Of a stretch of DNA of 64,000 nucleotides, positions 13,544-24,662 are shown piece after piece. Source of the DNA: Antedon mediterranea (Eukaryota; Animalia; Echinodermata); contig NC_092680.1 of NCBI RefSeq assembly GCF_964355755.1, positions 17,369,045 through 17,433,044 on the forward strand. The letters are read 5' to 3'. Below the pieces are notes generated by a model, which saw nothing but the letters and a program-made list of their open reading frames with translations, was not told the origin of the DNA and did no database searches. Numbering within the stretch: position 1 is the stretch's first letter; the number at the start of each line of letters is the position of its first letter. The position numbers were made by a program, and so were the translations under genes.

Positions 13544-14363
13544 TGTGACCTCCAGTCACGTGTAAAAGGCAAATAACAGAAACTTGTAACGCGTTATTGT
13601 GTCAAACGGTTTTAACTGAAATTTAATAGAAAAAATAAACAAGAATTAACATCAAAATACTAATTAAGCACTGTATTGTACATACTGATGATTTCTATAG
13701 TCAATTCCTTTATATAACATATAAACAATCTTATTGGCCTATTCTGCAGCTGCGCACTACTTGTGCTCAGTCAAGCGTAACGAACATAATTCTGCACGCC
13801 GTGATAACTCACATGGTCTATCCATGAAGAATTCTATATTGAAATATAAGTTTCCAATTACATAGCTAAACTAACTACACATGAACTACTAAAATGTTGA
13901 TCACATAAACTACAATATCGTGGGTAAATCTACCACAGAATACGATGAATGTCAATCATAATATATAAAGTTATAACATAATTAAAAGCTTCCAACTAAT
14001 CTATATAGTCGGGCGAACAGCGCTAATCGCATCTTTTAGGCTAGCATAATGCTGTACACAATGGATGGTAACAATCAAGGATGATCGAAACTTAAACTTA
14101 CAAAATAAAGAAAACTATAAAGTTACAAATACTAAATCTTACGTCATATTATTCCTAAGTTATTAATTAAATGTATGATAATAATTAAAAGCATATAAAA
14201 ACATACATCTATCTGCGACTATGCCTTTTGGAATGAAACATGGTGAAGATGACTGCTCTCTTTCGGAGAAAACAACACAGTAACCTCGGTAACATGAGAA
14301 GCAAGAAAGGTAATTTAAAAATAAAGTATGGGACGCCAAATGCGTCGTACTCAAGCTGTAACA
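13544..14363 (-). repeat. 3' LTR of the BEL/Pao element
   Basis: Direct repeat of 20062-20880; only one 1-nt indel was seen by eye. Confidence 0.97.
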
Positions 14364-14470
14364 CACCGGCCCCTAAAGGCGCCACTAACCAGCCTTTACA
14401 AATTCAAACAATAAGCTTGAGTTACACTAACTACATAAAGATTAAAATAAAGGTTCATAAAGTTCATATC

Positions 14471-17400
14471 TTAAAACAAATCACTTGCGACTTCAAGCGA
14501 TACCAATTTTGAGATTGGTCTAACGAGAGTTGACATTTTAGTCTTCACTTTAGCAGATCTAACAAGACCATCTGCAGTGCTTGTGTATACTTCCACGACA
14601 ACTGCCAGCGGCCATGAATTCCGTGGAGTTAACTCATTCGCAACGATTACAACGTTACCGACCTTGAGGTTTCCATGCTTGTGATGCCATTTGCGCCTTT
14701 CCTGTAGAGAGGGCAGGTACTCTCGTTTCCATCTACGCCAAAATAAGTCGGCCAGGTACTGAACTTGCCGCCAGCGCTTGGTTGCATGAGCATCATCTTG
14801 CGTAAGTGTTGCTGGTGGTAGTTGAGAACCTGTGCGTAACAGCAATAGGTGATTCGGAGTCAATGGCTCGCTATCCTTCGGATCATCAGACACCTTTGTA
14901 AGTGGTCGATTATTGATAATGCTTTCTACCTCACAAAACAGGGTTCTTAATCCTTCCTCCTTCAATATTTGTTCCTGTATTAATCCACTTAAAACTTTAC
15001 GTACGGTTCGAATACACCTTTCCCACACTCCGCCGAAATGAGAGGCTAGAGGAGGGTTAAATTTCCACACAATATGTCGTTGCAGGAGGTATTGGTGAAT
15101 TTGGTCTTGATTCCACAGTTCAATTGCAGCCTTTAACTCCTTATTCCCCTTGACAAAATTTCCTCCATTGTCAGAGCGAATCTCTACTGGAGTTCCTCTT
15201 CTGGCAATAAATCTCCTTAAAGCGTTAATAAACGAGGTAGTGTCCAAGGAGCTTGATAATTCAAGGTGAACTGCTCTGACAGTTAAGCAAGTGAAGATGA
15301 TTCCGTATCTTTTAACACTTGACCTTCCTTGTCTCACGTAAAATGGACCGAAACAGTCCACTCCAATGTTGGTAAATGGTGGTGTAGATTTAACGCGATC
15401 AGCTGGTAGATCGGACATCTTTTGTTGCATTACTGGCGCTGTATTCTTACGGCACTTCACACATCGGCGAACAACTGACTTCAAATTTACTCTTCCACCG
15501 ATCGGCCAGAATCGTTGACGTATCGCCGCCAGTGTATGCTCTACGCCAGAATGTCCGGAAATAGCATGATAGTGTCGTAGGATAAGTAAGGTTACATGGT
15601 GATTCTTTGGAAGGATAATTTGATGTTTTGCTGCATCACTAATTTCAGATCTTTTCAATCTACCACCTACTCGCATCAAACCGTTCATTACAATTGGATC
15701 TAGCTTTATGAGAGAGCTACCCTTCTTGACTTGTTGATTGGTTTGGAGATGGTTAACTTCAGAGTGAAGTGCTTGATTTTGTATGTATCTGAAAATTACT
15801 GTCTCAGCGTTTTTCCACTCATCAACGGATATGAAACTGTTAATGTTGGTACCTTTGTTCTTTACTCTGCGTCGCCATCGTAGTATCCAAGCAAAAACCT
15901 TTATCAACTTGGTCCAACTTGAAAAGCGGTTGATGAGGTCATTTATTCTGTCGTCATCTAATTTAACGGTTACAGCGTTTACAGTTTTTACTTCTGGATC
16001 TCCTACGATAGTATTAAAGTCGGTAGGCATTTGAGGCCATTCACTTTCATCTTCCATCAAGAAACTGGGACCAGTGAACCACATTTCACTTGTCATCATA
16101 TCCTCTGCAGACATTCCGCGTGAGGCTAGATCGGCTGGATTTTGAGCGGAACTGACGTGTCGCCACTGTTCCTTAGTTGTTTGATTAAGAATTGTTGTCA
16201 CTCTATTCCCAACAAATGTCTTGAATCTCGTTTCTTCATTGTTCAAATATCTCAACACGCATGTGCTGTCTGTCCAACAAACTGTTCTATCGATTTTTAT
16301 TTCATGCAGCTCTTCTCGAATGATTCTGTCAAGGCGACTTGCCAGGACAGCTGCTTGTAGTTCCAATCTAGGAATTGTCTGGGTCTTGACCGGAGCAAGT
16401 CTTGACTTCGCAGTCACAAGGGTCCCGCATACGTTTCCACACTCGTCCTTCTGGTAAAGGTAGGATGCAGCTCCATAGCTCGTGGATGATGCATCTCCAA
16501 AATGATGTAACTCTCTATACGTGACGTTGCCAAAATCTGACGGTTTGTAGCAACGTCGAATGTTCAACTTATCGAGACTCTGAAGTTCCTTTAACCATTC
16601 ATGCCATTTAATCTGTAGTTCTACTGGAATAGGTTCGTCCCATTTGCATCCAATCAAACACAGTTCTCGGAGTAGCAGCTTTGCCTTTAATATGAATGGT
16701 GTTATTAGTCCTAGAGGGTCGTAGACGGATGCTACTACAGACAAAATTCCCCTTCTTGTGCTGGGTTGCTTCTTTGGAGAAATAACGTAACCAAGTGCAT
16801 CTTGTTTTACAAACCAGTGTACTCCCAGTGCTCTTTGTTGTTCCCCTCCAAACAATGATGTTGAAGCATTCTGTCCACTGTCTGTGAGCGTGGATACAAG
16901 TTGGTTGGAGTTTGAGACCCACTTGGTCAAGTTGAAACCTCCACGAGTCAGCAAATTCTTTAATCCCTTGGCAAGCTCAATGGCTGTCTCTTCGCTGTCT
17001 ACGGATTTGAGACAGTCGTCTACGTAAAAGTTGTTGTTGACTGCGTTAGTTACAACAGGATCGAAATCATCCGCATGGTCTTTGGCAACCTTCCGGAGAG
17101 CAAAATTGGAACAACTAGGTGAAGACTTTCCTCCGAAAAGATGTACAACCATCTGGTACTCTTGTGGGTTCATATTCAGATTGCCGTCTTCCCACCATAA
17201 GTATGATAGGTAGTGACTATCAGTCTCTCCAACCTTTACTTGGTAGAACATCTTTTCGATGTCCGCTGCAAAGGCGATGGGTCCCAGACGAAAGCGCAGT
17301 AATACGCCGACTAATGTGTTTGTAAGATCAGGACCTTGGTAAAGTTTATCATTTAAGCAAACACCTTGATACTTAGCTGACCCATCGAACACTACTCGAA

Positions 17401-20017
17401 CCTTTCCTGGCTTTTGTGGGTTCAACACCGGATGGTGCGGCAAATACCATCTAGGTTGGTCTTTCTGCAACGCCTTTTCTGCGTAGCCCTTTAACAACAG
17501 GTCGTTCATAAAATTTGTGTACTTCGTGTGAAGTGTACTGTCCTTGATCAGCCTAGATTTTAGAAGATTGAGTCTTTTCAGCGCCACAGCCTTGTTGTTT
17601 GGAAATTCCTCAGGTGGGCTTTTCCATGGCATCGATACTTGGTAATGGCCGTTTTTTAATTTAGTCGATGCTTGCATCATCTGTAGTGCTTGAAGGTCGT
17701 TCCGAGACATAACTGTCTTCTCAGTTGGGATATCATTGAACTCAATGTTACAAAATTGCTTAAACTGCTCTTCCAGTGGTTCTGCACAGATAAAATTGCA
17801 GTTTTGAACTTGGCATCTAGTTGAAGTCAACGGACCATTCACAACCCAACCAAGAGCTGTTCGTGTGGCGTATGGCCCACCATTCATAGCTGGTTTCACT
17901 TCATATGGTTGGTGTAGTTCTGGTAGGTCTCCCCCAATCAGCAAATCAACATTTGCATCAATGGTATCTATGTTTACCCCTTCCAGGTGCACCCAATTCT
18001 TAATATCATCTATCGTGGCAATTGCACTTTTTAAGACTGGCAATTTTGGTTTTGTGTGAACGTTTGGTGCTGTAAAGACTGCATCACCATTCAGGGTTGA
18101 AATTTCTAATGAGATGAGGTTGCATTCCGATGATGATTGACCGTTTACTGTGGTTAATTTTAACTGGACTCTCTTGCCTTTCGCATTTAATTTGTGAGCT
18201 AGGGCGTCTGTGCAGAAGGTTGCAGTTGATCCATTGTCCAGAAATGCGTACGTTTTGATTGTCTTTCTGGTTCCTGGGCACCTTACTTTGACAGGTACTA
18301 CAGATAGACCTACTCGTGTCGCATTTCCGTTAACTGCCATTGATGACTTTGAATTATTGAGTTGAGTGGTGATTGCACTACTACTTTGATCTGGAGTTGG
18401 AACTGCTGCTGCATGTGCAGTCGCATTAGCATCAGCTCTAACAGGTCGTTTTGGAGTATGAAGGAAGCCCGAATGTTTCAGGGTACAATTTTTGCAAAAA
18501 CTGTTCTTCGGGCACAAAGAAACAAAATGTCCATGCGTTAAACAGTTCCGACAGAGTTTCTTTTCATTGACAAACTTAAGTCTATCCTCAACAGACTTTG
18601 ACCTGAAATCCTTACATTGTGACAACCAGTGTTGCTCATTGCACATCAGGCACTTGATACCATTTCTTGTGGTTGTGGTTGTTGTGGTCGATGCGGTGAA
18701 GGACTTTTTAACTTCTGATGTGTTGGTCAGAGTAATGAAGCTTGGGTCATTTCGCATTTTGGCTTCCGACCGTATGAAATCACAAAAGAATCGAAAAGGT
18801 GGAAAAGACACTTGATGAGTCGCCTTGTAATTAGATCCCTTCTTGACCCAACTTTCTCTTAGATTGGGTGGCAACTTTTGTATAATGTGACTTATACCTT
18901 GAGACGAATCCAGACTCGCAAGACCTGGATATTTCCCTGTCTCCTTTACGTGGAGAACCTCCAACAGTAAATGACTTAATTGACGCAGCTTTTCCACGTC
19001 CTTCAGATTAAACCTTGAGAATTCCTGTAGTCGCTTAGTAATGCTTAGCTCAACTGCCTCTGGGGCACCATAAGTTTCATCGAGTAAAGTCCAAATGTGT
19101 CGTAAGGCTTCACTAGGGTTTTCTATATAAACTGCATGTAGAGGAGCAACTAGTGCTCTTGATTTATCGCCAAGCCATTTCATTACAACATTTACCTCTT
19201 GGTTCACCGGAACATTCAACTCTTTGATTGTATTGGAAAGTGTGATTTTCCAAGCACGGTATGAGGCTGGAGTATCATCGAACTGCCGGAGACTGGTACT
19301 TAATAATTCCTTTCGAAATAGTACATTACCAATTTCTGTCATAACTATTTGAGTTTGGTCGGGCTGCTTGGTTGGTACTTCATCTCTGTATAGCAGTGGA
19401 GGTGCAATCAGTTCGAATTCTGGTGCTTGATCGAGGTTTGGTAGAGGTGAAGTGAATTTCATTAGTGGTGGTGGTGAAGCTGGCTTGTAATCAGATACTT
19501 GATTCAACAATGTTGGTGGTAATTGGTCAAGGTTTGGTAGAGGTGAAGCAAATTTCATCAGTGGTGGTGGTGAAGCTGGCTTGTAATCTTTAATTTGGGT
19601 AAATAATGGTGGTGGTGGTATTGGCTTGTATTCAGGTACTTGGTTCAACAATGGTGATGGTAATTGTTCAGGGTCGAGGTGTGATGAAGATTGAATTGGT
19701 TCAAGAGATTCAATACTAGACTCTTCGCTCATCACATCGCTGACATCATCGCACACGCTGTAGGTGTCGAAATCATAATCATCATCTTCAGATGATTGCA
19801 AATAGGAGTCTGCTCTTGCCTGGCAAACTGCCTCATCTTCTTCTGCATTTAACAGTTGAACGTCTGCCTCAGCTATAGCTTTGATTCTTAATAGAGAAAC
19901 TTTCTTCTTAGCAAATTCAACACGTGCCTTTGCCATGGCCAAATCAGCTCTCGCACGAGCATGGCTTATGCTCACATGACTACCACTCCTGCTCACTGAC
20001 GATCCCGCTTGTGACAT
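14471..20017 (-). CDS. BEL/Pao Gag-Pol polyprotein (Gag zinc knuckles, aspartic protease, RT, RNase H, integrase), ~1848 aa from the first ATG
   Basis: Three Cys/His knuckles (CLMCNEQHWLSQC, CRNCLTHGHFVSLC, CKNCTLKHSGFLH), protease AFLDNGS, RT ADIEKMF/FYVDD, RNase H HFGDAS...KSRLAP..TIPRLELQAA, integrase HHCC with DCFGPF/SDNGGNF/WERCIR. The ORF-track start at 20038 is a GTG; the first ATG is at 20017. Confidence 0.97.
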   Translation of the reverse strand: MSQAGSSVSRSGSHVSISHARARADLAMAKARVEFAKKKVSLLRIKAIAEADVQLLNAEEDEAVCQARADSYLQSSEDDDYDFDTYSVCDDVSDVMSEESSIESLEPIQSSSHLDPEQLPSPLLNQVPEYKPIPPPPLFTQIKDYKPASPPPLMKFASPLPNLDQLPPTLLNQVSDYKPASPPPLMKFTSPLPNLDQAPEFELIAPPLLYRDEVPTKQPDQTQIVMTEIGNVLFRKELLSTSLRQFDDTPASYRAWKITLSNTIKELNVPVNQEVNVVMKWLGDKSRALVAPLHAVYIENPSEALRHIWTLLDETYGAPEAVELSITKRLQEFSRFNLKDVEKLRQLSHLLLEVLHVKETGKYPGLASLDSSQGISHIIQKLPPNLRESWVKKGSNYKATHQVSFPPFRFFCDFIRSEAKMRNDPSFITLTNTSEVKKSFTASTTTTTTTRNGIKCLMCNEQHWLSQCKDFRSKSVEDRLKFVNEKKLCRNCLTHGHFVSLCPKNSFCKNCTLKHSGFLHTPKRPVRADANATAHAAAVPTPDQSSSAITTQLNNSKSSMAVNGNATRVGLSVVPVKVRCPGTRKTIKTYAFLDNGSTATFCTDALAHKLNAKGKRVQLKLTTVNGQSSSECNLISLEISTLNGDAVFTAPNVHTKPKLPVLKSAIATIDDIKNWVHLEGVNIDTIDANVDLLIGGDLPELHQPYEVKPAMNGGPYATRTALGWVVNGPLTSTRCQVQNCNFICAEPLEEQFKQFCNIEFNDIPTEKTVMSRNDLQALQMMQASTKLKNGHYQVSMPWKSPPEEFPNNKAVALKRLNLLKSRLIKDSTLHTKYTNFMNDLLLKGYAEKALQKDQPRWYLPHHPVLNPQKPGKVRVVFDGSAKYQGVCLNDKLYQGPDLTNTLVGVLLRFRLGPIAFAADIEKMFYQVKVGETDSHYLSYLWWEDGNLNMNPQEYQMVVHLFGGKSSPSCSNFALRKVAKDHADDFDPVVTNAVNNNFYVDDCLKSVDSEETAIELAKGLKNLLTRGGFNLTKWVSNSNQLVSTLTDSGQNASTSLFGGEQQRALGVHWFVKQDALGYVISPKKQPSTRRGILSVVASVYDPLGLITPFILKAKLLLRELCLIGCKWDEPIPVELQIKWHEWLKELQSLDKLNIRRCYKPSDFGNVTYRELHHFGDASSTSYGAASYLYQKDECGNVCGTLVTAKSRLAPVKTQTIPRLELQAAVLASRLDRIIREELHEIKIDRTVCWTDSTCVLRYLNNEETRFKTFVGNRVTTILNQTTKEQWRHVSSAQNPADLASRGMSAEDMMTSEMWFTGPSFLMEDESEWPQMPTDFNTIVGDPEVKTVNAVTVKLDDDRINDLINRFSSWTKLIKVFAWILRWRRRVKNKGTNINSFISVDEWKNAETVIFRYIQNQALHSEVNHLQTNQQVKKGSSLIKLDPIVMNGLMRVGGRLKRSEISDAAKHQIILPKNHHVTLLILRHYHAISGHSGVEHTLAAIRQRFWPIGGRVNLKSVVRRCVKCRKNTAPVMQQKMSDLPADRVKSTPPFTNIGVDCFGPFYVRQGRSSVKRYGIIFTCLTVRAVHLELSSSLDTTSFINALRRFIARRGTPVEIRSDNGGNFVKGNKELKAAIELWNQDQIHQYLLQRHIVWKFNPPLASHFGGVWERCIRTVRKVLSGLIQEQILKEEGLRTLFCEVESIINNRPLTKVSDDPKDSEPLTPNHLLLLRTGSQLPPATLTQDDAHATKRWRQVQYLADLFWRRWKREYLPSLQERRKWHHKHGNLKVGNVVIVANELTPRNSWPLAVVVEVYTSTADGLVRSAKVKTKMSTLVRPISKLVSLEVASDLF

Positions 20018-20061
20018 CGTATTCTTGCAAGTTTCCACTCACAAAGATTTAAAACTTAAAA

Positions 20062-20880
20062 TGTGACCTCCAGTCACGTGTAAAAGGCAAATAACAGAAA
20101 CTTGTAACGCGTTATTGTGTCAAACGGTTTTAACTGAAATTTAATAGAAAAAATAAACAAGAATTAACATCAAAATACTAATTAAGCACTGTATTGTACA
20201 TACTGATGATTTCTATAGTCAATTCCTTTATATAACATATAACAATCTTATTGGCCTATTCTGCAGCTGCGCACTACTTGTGCTCAGTCAAGCGTAACGA
20301 ACATAATTCTGCACGCCGTGATAACTCACATGGTCTATCCATGAAGAATTCTATATTGAAATATAAGTTTCCAATTACATAGCTAAACTAACTACACATG
20401 AACTACTAAAATGTTGATCACATAAACTACAATATCGTGGGTAAATCTACCACAGAATACGATGAATGTCAATCATAATATATAAAGTTATAACATAATT
20501 AAAAGCTTCCAACTAATCTATATAGTCGGGCGAACAGCGCTAATCGCATCTTTTAGGCTAGCATAATGCTGTACACAATGGATGGTAACAATCAAGGATG
20601 ATCGAAACTTAAACTTACAAAATAAAGAAAACTATAAAGTTACAAATACTAAATCTTACGTCATATTATTCCTAAGTTATTAATTAAATGTATGATAATA
20701 ATTAAAAGCATATAAAAACATACATCTATCTGCGACTATGCCTTTTGGAATGAAACATGGTGAAGATGACTGCTCTCTTTCGGAGAAAACAACACAGTAA
20801 CCTCGGTAACATGAGAAGCAAGAAAGGTAATTTAAAAATAAAGTATGGGACGCCAAATGCGTCGTACTCAAGCTGTAACA
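20062..20880 (-). repeat. 5' LTR of the BEL/Pao element
   Basis: TGTTACA...GGTCACA on the minus strand; direct repeat of 13544-14363. Confidence 0.97.
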
Positions 20881-21194
20881 ACCTTTACCTCACTGCCTTT
20901 TTGGAAATAAGCAAACGCAAACATAACTTAGGTTAGCAGCTGAGTACAAAATAGTTAATGATAAAAATTGATTTTGTTAGTAGACTTAAAGGGTGTTTTC
21001 ACTTCCAAAACTTTTATCAAAAATATCACCAAGCATTAAAAGATGAACCAATAATGTTGCATAACACTTTGTATATTCACTGGGAAAATAAAATAAATAA
21101 CTACACTGTTCCTATACTGTATCGTCCGATGTGTGTAGGCCCACTAACTTATTACTAGCTTATTTAGTACAAATGAATCGCGTTAAATAGATAG

Positions 21195-21263
21195 ATAGAT
21201 ATATGTGATCTATGATTGTCATGGCTTCTCCTTTGACCATTTTAAATTTTACACAAATTATTA
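21195..21263 (-). pseudogene. Short pogo/Tigger-type DDE_1 transposase remnant (copy 1)
   Basis: Diverged, internally deleted copy of 23405-23490 (KEKP..DNH.SHISI). Confidence 0.55.
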
Positions 21264-21459
21264 TGTCGCGTTAAAACAGTTGAGGTGGTTGAAGAAAATG
21301 TCAACATTTGTTTTATTAAAACTCCTCGTTTTATTTTGGTCACCTATACTTCTATTGCTTATTATAGATTCAACAAATGCAGTGTGCCATGAACTTTTTT
21401 CATTCTTAATCTTATCCATAAATTCATTCCCATACTATGAACAGAGGAAACAGTATTTA

Positions 21460-22351
21460 CATAGTTAAGGCTTACTTGTGGTGTTAGTCTTACGGTGCAC
21501 CTCTCCACAGTGTAGTTCATTCTGCATCCAACAGCAATATGACCTTCTTGTCCGCACTCTGTGCACCTTATAAGTTCTTGATTTTCATATTGTTGTTGGG
21601 CGCTCATGAAATCAGGTCTTGCTTGGGCTTGTTGTATAGACAGCAGTTGTGTAAATTGTTTTAAATCGTTCATTGATTTTGTCAAATTGTCTAATTTCGT
21701 TTTTTCTGGACGGTCAGCTTGATTTTACTGTTGTACAGTTTTTGTAGTCTTGTTCCCCTGTTCCATAAGACGGAGTTCTGCGTATACCTCTTTGAATGTC
21801 ATAGATCTTGGTCTCATGGGAGCAAGTCTCTGTGTTACATGCGCATCTCTTACTCCCCTCATAAACTGTTGCGTCAGCATATGGTTGCCATCAACCATTG
21901 GATGTTGCACTCTTTCTTCCACCTCTCTCAGAATTGCTTCTAGCTCTACGGCATATATTAAAGGAGTCTCTGCTGGATATCGGACTCTTTCATAGAATTC
22001 AGCGAGCAGATCCCGGCAAAAAATAACTCACCAAATTGTTCTTTCAATTCCTCAAATGCATTCTGTGGGGTCGGTTCCGTTTGCGGAAGATTTAATACAA
22101 GTTTTCTTGCCGCTTCCCTAAATACTGCACTATGGTATTGAATTGTGCTATCTATCTATTGGTACTAAGTAGTTAATGTCTCTTACCCAGTCATCAATGT
22201 CAATTCCGCTTCCTGCTCTTCCGGTAAACACTGGAACATTCTTAACTGTGTTTTGTGTAGGCCTAGATGGCGAGTTCAAATCACGGTGCTGCATCGTCAC
22301 CTCCTCCATCTCATTTTCGAAAGTTTGCCTCCTTGCACATCGTCTTGCCAT
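21460..22351 (-). pseudogene. Degenerate Gypsy/Ty3 gag (PNMA-like capsid plus CCHC knuckle), frameshifted, pol absent
   Basis: VPVFTG....IDDWVRD, AARKLVLNLP, AFEELKEQFGE, QFMRGVRD, and the knuckle CTECGQEGHIAVGC, spread over several frames. Confidence 0.8.
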
Positions 22352-22454
22352 TCGATTTTACATTAAACAGACAATTTTGCAGCCAGCAAATTAATAAAAT
22401 AAATATATTGCGTTCAAATTTGATTTTACTGGTCCTGTCAGGATCGCCAAAAAA

Positions 22455-22593
22455 TGTAACCTTTACTGTTGTTACTTATTCAACAATAATTGACTCGGAG
22501 ACAATCTAACTTTTAACTCAACGCGGTCTGCATCGCAACCTATTAACACAATAGCGCCCCCTGGCGACGGGATCTCATCAGATATATACTACA
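22455..22593 (-). mobile_element. Short Gypsy 5' LTR (139 bp) with adjacent tRNA-Arg PBS
   Basis: Minus strand TGTAG...GTTACA, followed by TTTTTGGCGATCCTGACAGGA, which is complementary to the metazoan tRNA-Arg(ACG) 3' end with one mismatch, and then by gag. Confidence 0.75.
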
Positions 22594-23347
22594 TCGTATC
22601 CCTTTCTTTATTGTTTTCTTTTTTTTAGAATTATATTGTTAAAGTTTATTGTTTAGGTGATTACGTTATGAGAAATCAAATCATCAATCAAAGTAACATT
22701 TATTTCTCTTCTTCTCTTTCATAGAATATAAAAATTAACAGTAAATATGATTAAAATAAGAGGGGCAACATTCCTAAAAAAGTGAAGCTTGTATAAGGCA
22801 GCCCATAAATAAATGATTACATTCTCTATAGATTCATGTGTTATCCTGTTGATTTCTTCATAGATTATTTTACACAACATCTTCTCCCTTCTTTCATTAT
22901 GCTGATTTTTTAAATTTTTTTTTTATAATAAATACAAAGATAAACTCCTTTCTAAACTGTCCGGTCTGATTCTGTTACGGGGCTGTTCATGGTCGATGTA
23001 CTGTTTGGTTTCTCTGGTTGAACTGTTGGTTCTGTCTTCATAACGTTTCTCTCCGGTGTTGTGCGTAGAAGCTTTCTGCAGCATTTAAGGTATCTGCGGT
23101 GATGTAGTTCCAATATTTGCTGGCAAGGTACTTGCATATTGGATAGTATGATCTGCAGATGTACTTTCGTTCGAATATGTCAAGTAACCCCTCTTCTATT
23201 TTTTCAATGTCAAAAATTGTTGAAAGATACACATTTCTTTACGAAATGCAAGCATCACTATTTGTTAAAGGGCAATACTTCAGCCATTGAAAATATGGTT
23301 GATTCTTTCTTGTGCCATATTTGCTGTACATCTACATTTTGTTTCCA

Positions 23348-23490
23348 GTGTGGAGGAAACAAAAGTATTGTAATACCGGTTGTCCTTGGCTTAATTCAGA
23401 CCATCGATAGATATATGTGATCCATGATTGTCCAACAACAACAAACATGGCTTCTCCTTTCAGTATTTTAAATTTTCAACAAAATGTTAT
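23348..23490 (-). pseudogene. pogo/Tigger-type DDE_1 transposase remnant (copy 2)
   Basis: KEKPCLLLLDNHGSHISIDGLN*AKDN/GITILLFPPH matches the DDE_1 'LLLLDNHxSH...FPPH' motif; contains a stop and a frameshift. Confidence 0.75.
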
Positions 23491-24150
23491 ACAAATCTGG
23501 CGGTGATCTGTCCGAACCAAGAGGAGTGCTGTTTCCTACAGCGGATCTTGGGATGAGGGAGGTCACACAAGGGACAATTGTGTCTGAATGTACAGGGTTG
23601 TGATGTTCAGTTTTTTCCTGTATGGAAGGCAACAAAGCAGTAGCCTTTAGGAACTCCACGAAAGGGCTGATTAAACCCCGCTCTAACCCAGACGTGGTTA
23701 TCGGGCCCGATCGACATGTCACTAGATTTAGAATTAGTTCGGTGTGCAGTATCTCCTACTTTAAAGAGCGTCCCTGATGGCTCTTCGTAATTGTTAATTG
23801 AATGCTCACCATGCATTGTTGTGGGTGGTAATGGATAACTTCAAATGTTGTGAAATGAGTGAAGCTACATATTTTGTTCCGCCCACTACTATATTTGGAA
23901 TGTAATGTACAAGGTCAGCATATCAAAACCAAATATAATATACATAATTTCTTGAAACATTTTAAAATTACATGTTTAACAATATGAGATCATCTACATA
24001 ATCCCCTTTTTATACAAAGTGGCTGTTTGTCAATTCAAAGCAAAATAGAAAATAGTATTCAAATATTTACGTCTACTGTTCGTACAGTATAATAAAAAGA
24101 AACAATCAAAATTGAAATCTAAGAAAAACAGGAACACCATCTAACCGTTT

Positions 24151-24305
24151 TTAAAACATCTTTTTTACAGAAGATATACGCATCTTACAGAAGGGACATT
24201 CCCCGTCATTGGCCTCCACATGAATGCCACAGGGCAACACAAAGTGTGTTCGCATGGCAACAAAGAGCTGTCTATATCCTGATCTGCACAAATATGACGT
24301 GCTTT
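24151..24305 (-). pseudogene. C-terminal RING-HC finger remnant
   Basis: (R)HICADQDIDSSLLPCEHTLCC / CGIHVEANDGECPFCKMRISSVKKMF* across one frameshift; typical terminal C3HC4 RING spacing. Confidence 0.7.
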
Positions 24306-24318
24306 GTTGGGTCTGAAT

Positions 24319-24662
24319 AGGAAGTATCCATGACTTGTTGAAACTCCTTTCCACAGAATTAATCATTGCAACTCCATCTGTGATCTCATGGTGTTCTCTC
24401 CTTGTGGATGTCCATTCACCAGTAGTGGTAGTAATAGGAAGTATCCATTACTTGCTGGGACATATTTCTACAGATTTAATCATTGCAACACCATCTGTGA
24501 TCTGATGGTGTTCTCCTTGTGGATGTCCATTCACCAGTAGTGGTAGTACTAGAAAGTATCCATTACTTGCTGGGATTCCTTTCCACAGAATTTATCATTG
24601 CTACTCCGTCTGTTATGTCATGATGTTCACCATACGTGTGTCCATTCACCAGGAGTAGTGGT
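24319..24662. repeat. ~115-117-bp tandem repeat x3, with further partial copies at ~25026-25110, ~25989-26124 and ~26685-26768
   Basis: Recurrent TGGATGTCCATTCACCAGTAGTGGTAGTA..AGAAAGTATCCATTACTTGCTGGGA..TTCCACAGA. Confidence 0.88.

Larger units (their letters stand above)
13544..20880 (-). mobile_element. Full-length BEL/Pao LTR retrotransposon
   Basis: Two TG..CA LTRs (820 and 819 bp), a 5-bp TSD ACCTT (13539-13543 and 20881-20885), a single intact gag-pol ORF, and a BEL-type PPT TTTAGGGGCCGGTG next to the 3' LTR. Confidence 0.98.

Noticed and set aside
14163-14366. Near-identical 63-67 aa ORFs at 14163-14366 and 20680-20871
   Set aside because: They lie inside the two LTRs, so the identity reflects LTR duplication; no protein features.
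15783-18815. Several plus-strand and alternate-frame ORFs overlapping the BEL polyprotein
   Set aside because: Shadow ORFs of a long coding frame, with no motifs.
22952-23340. Coding-looking minus-strand pieces (YLSTIFDIEKIEEGLLDIFERKY…; also 23468-23816 and 28135-28332)
   Set aside because: Probably further mosaic fragments, but I could not recognise a family, so they were not annotated or counted.
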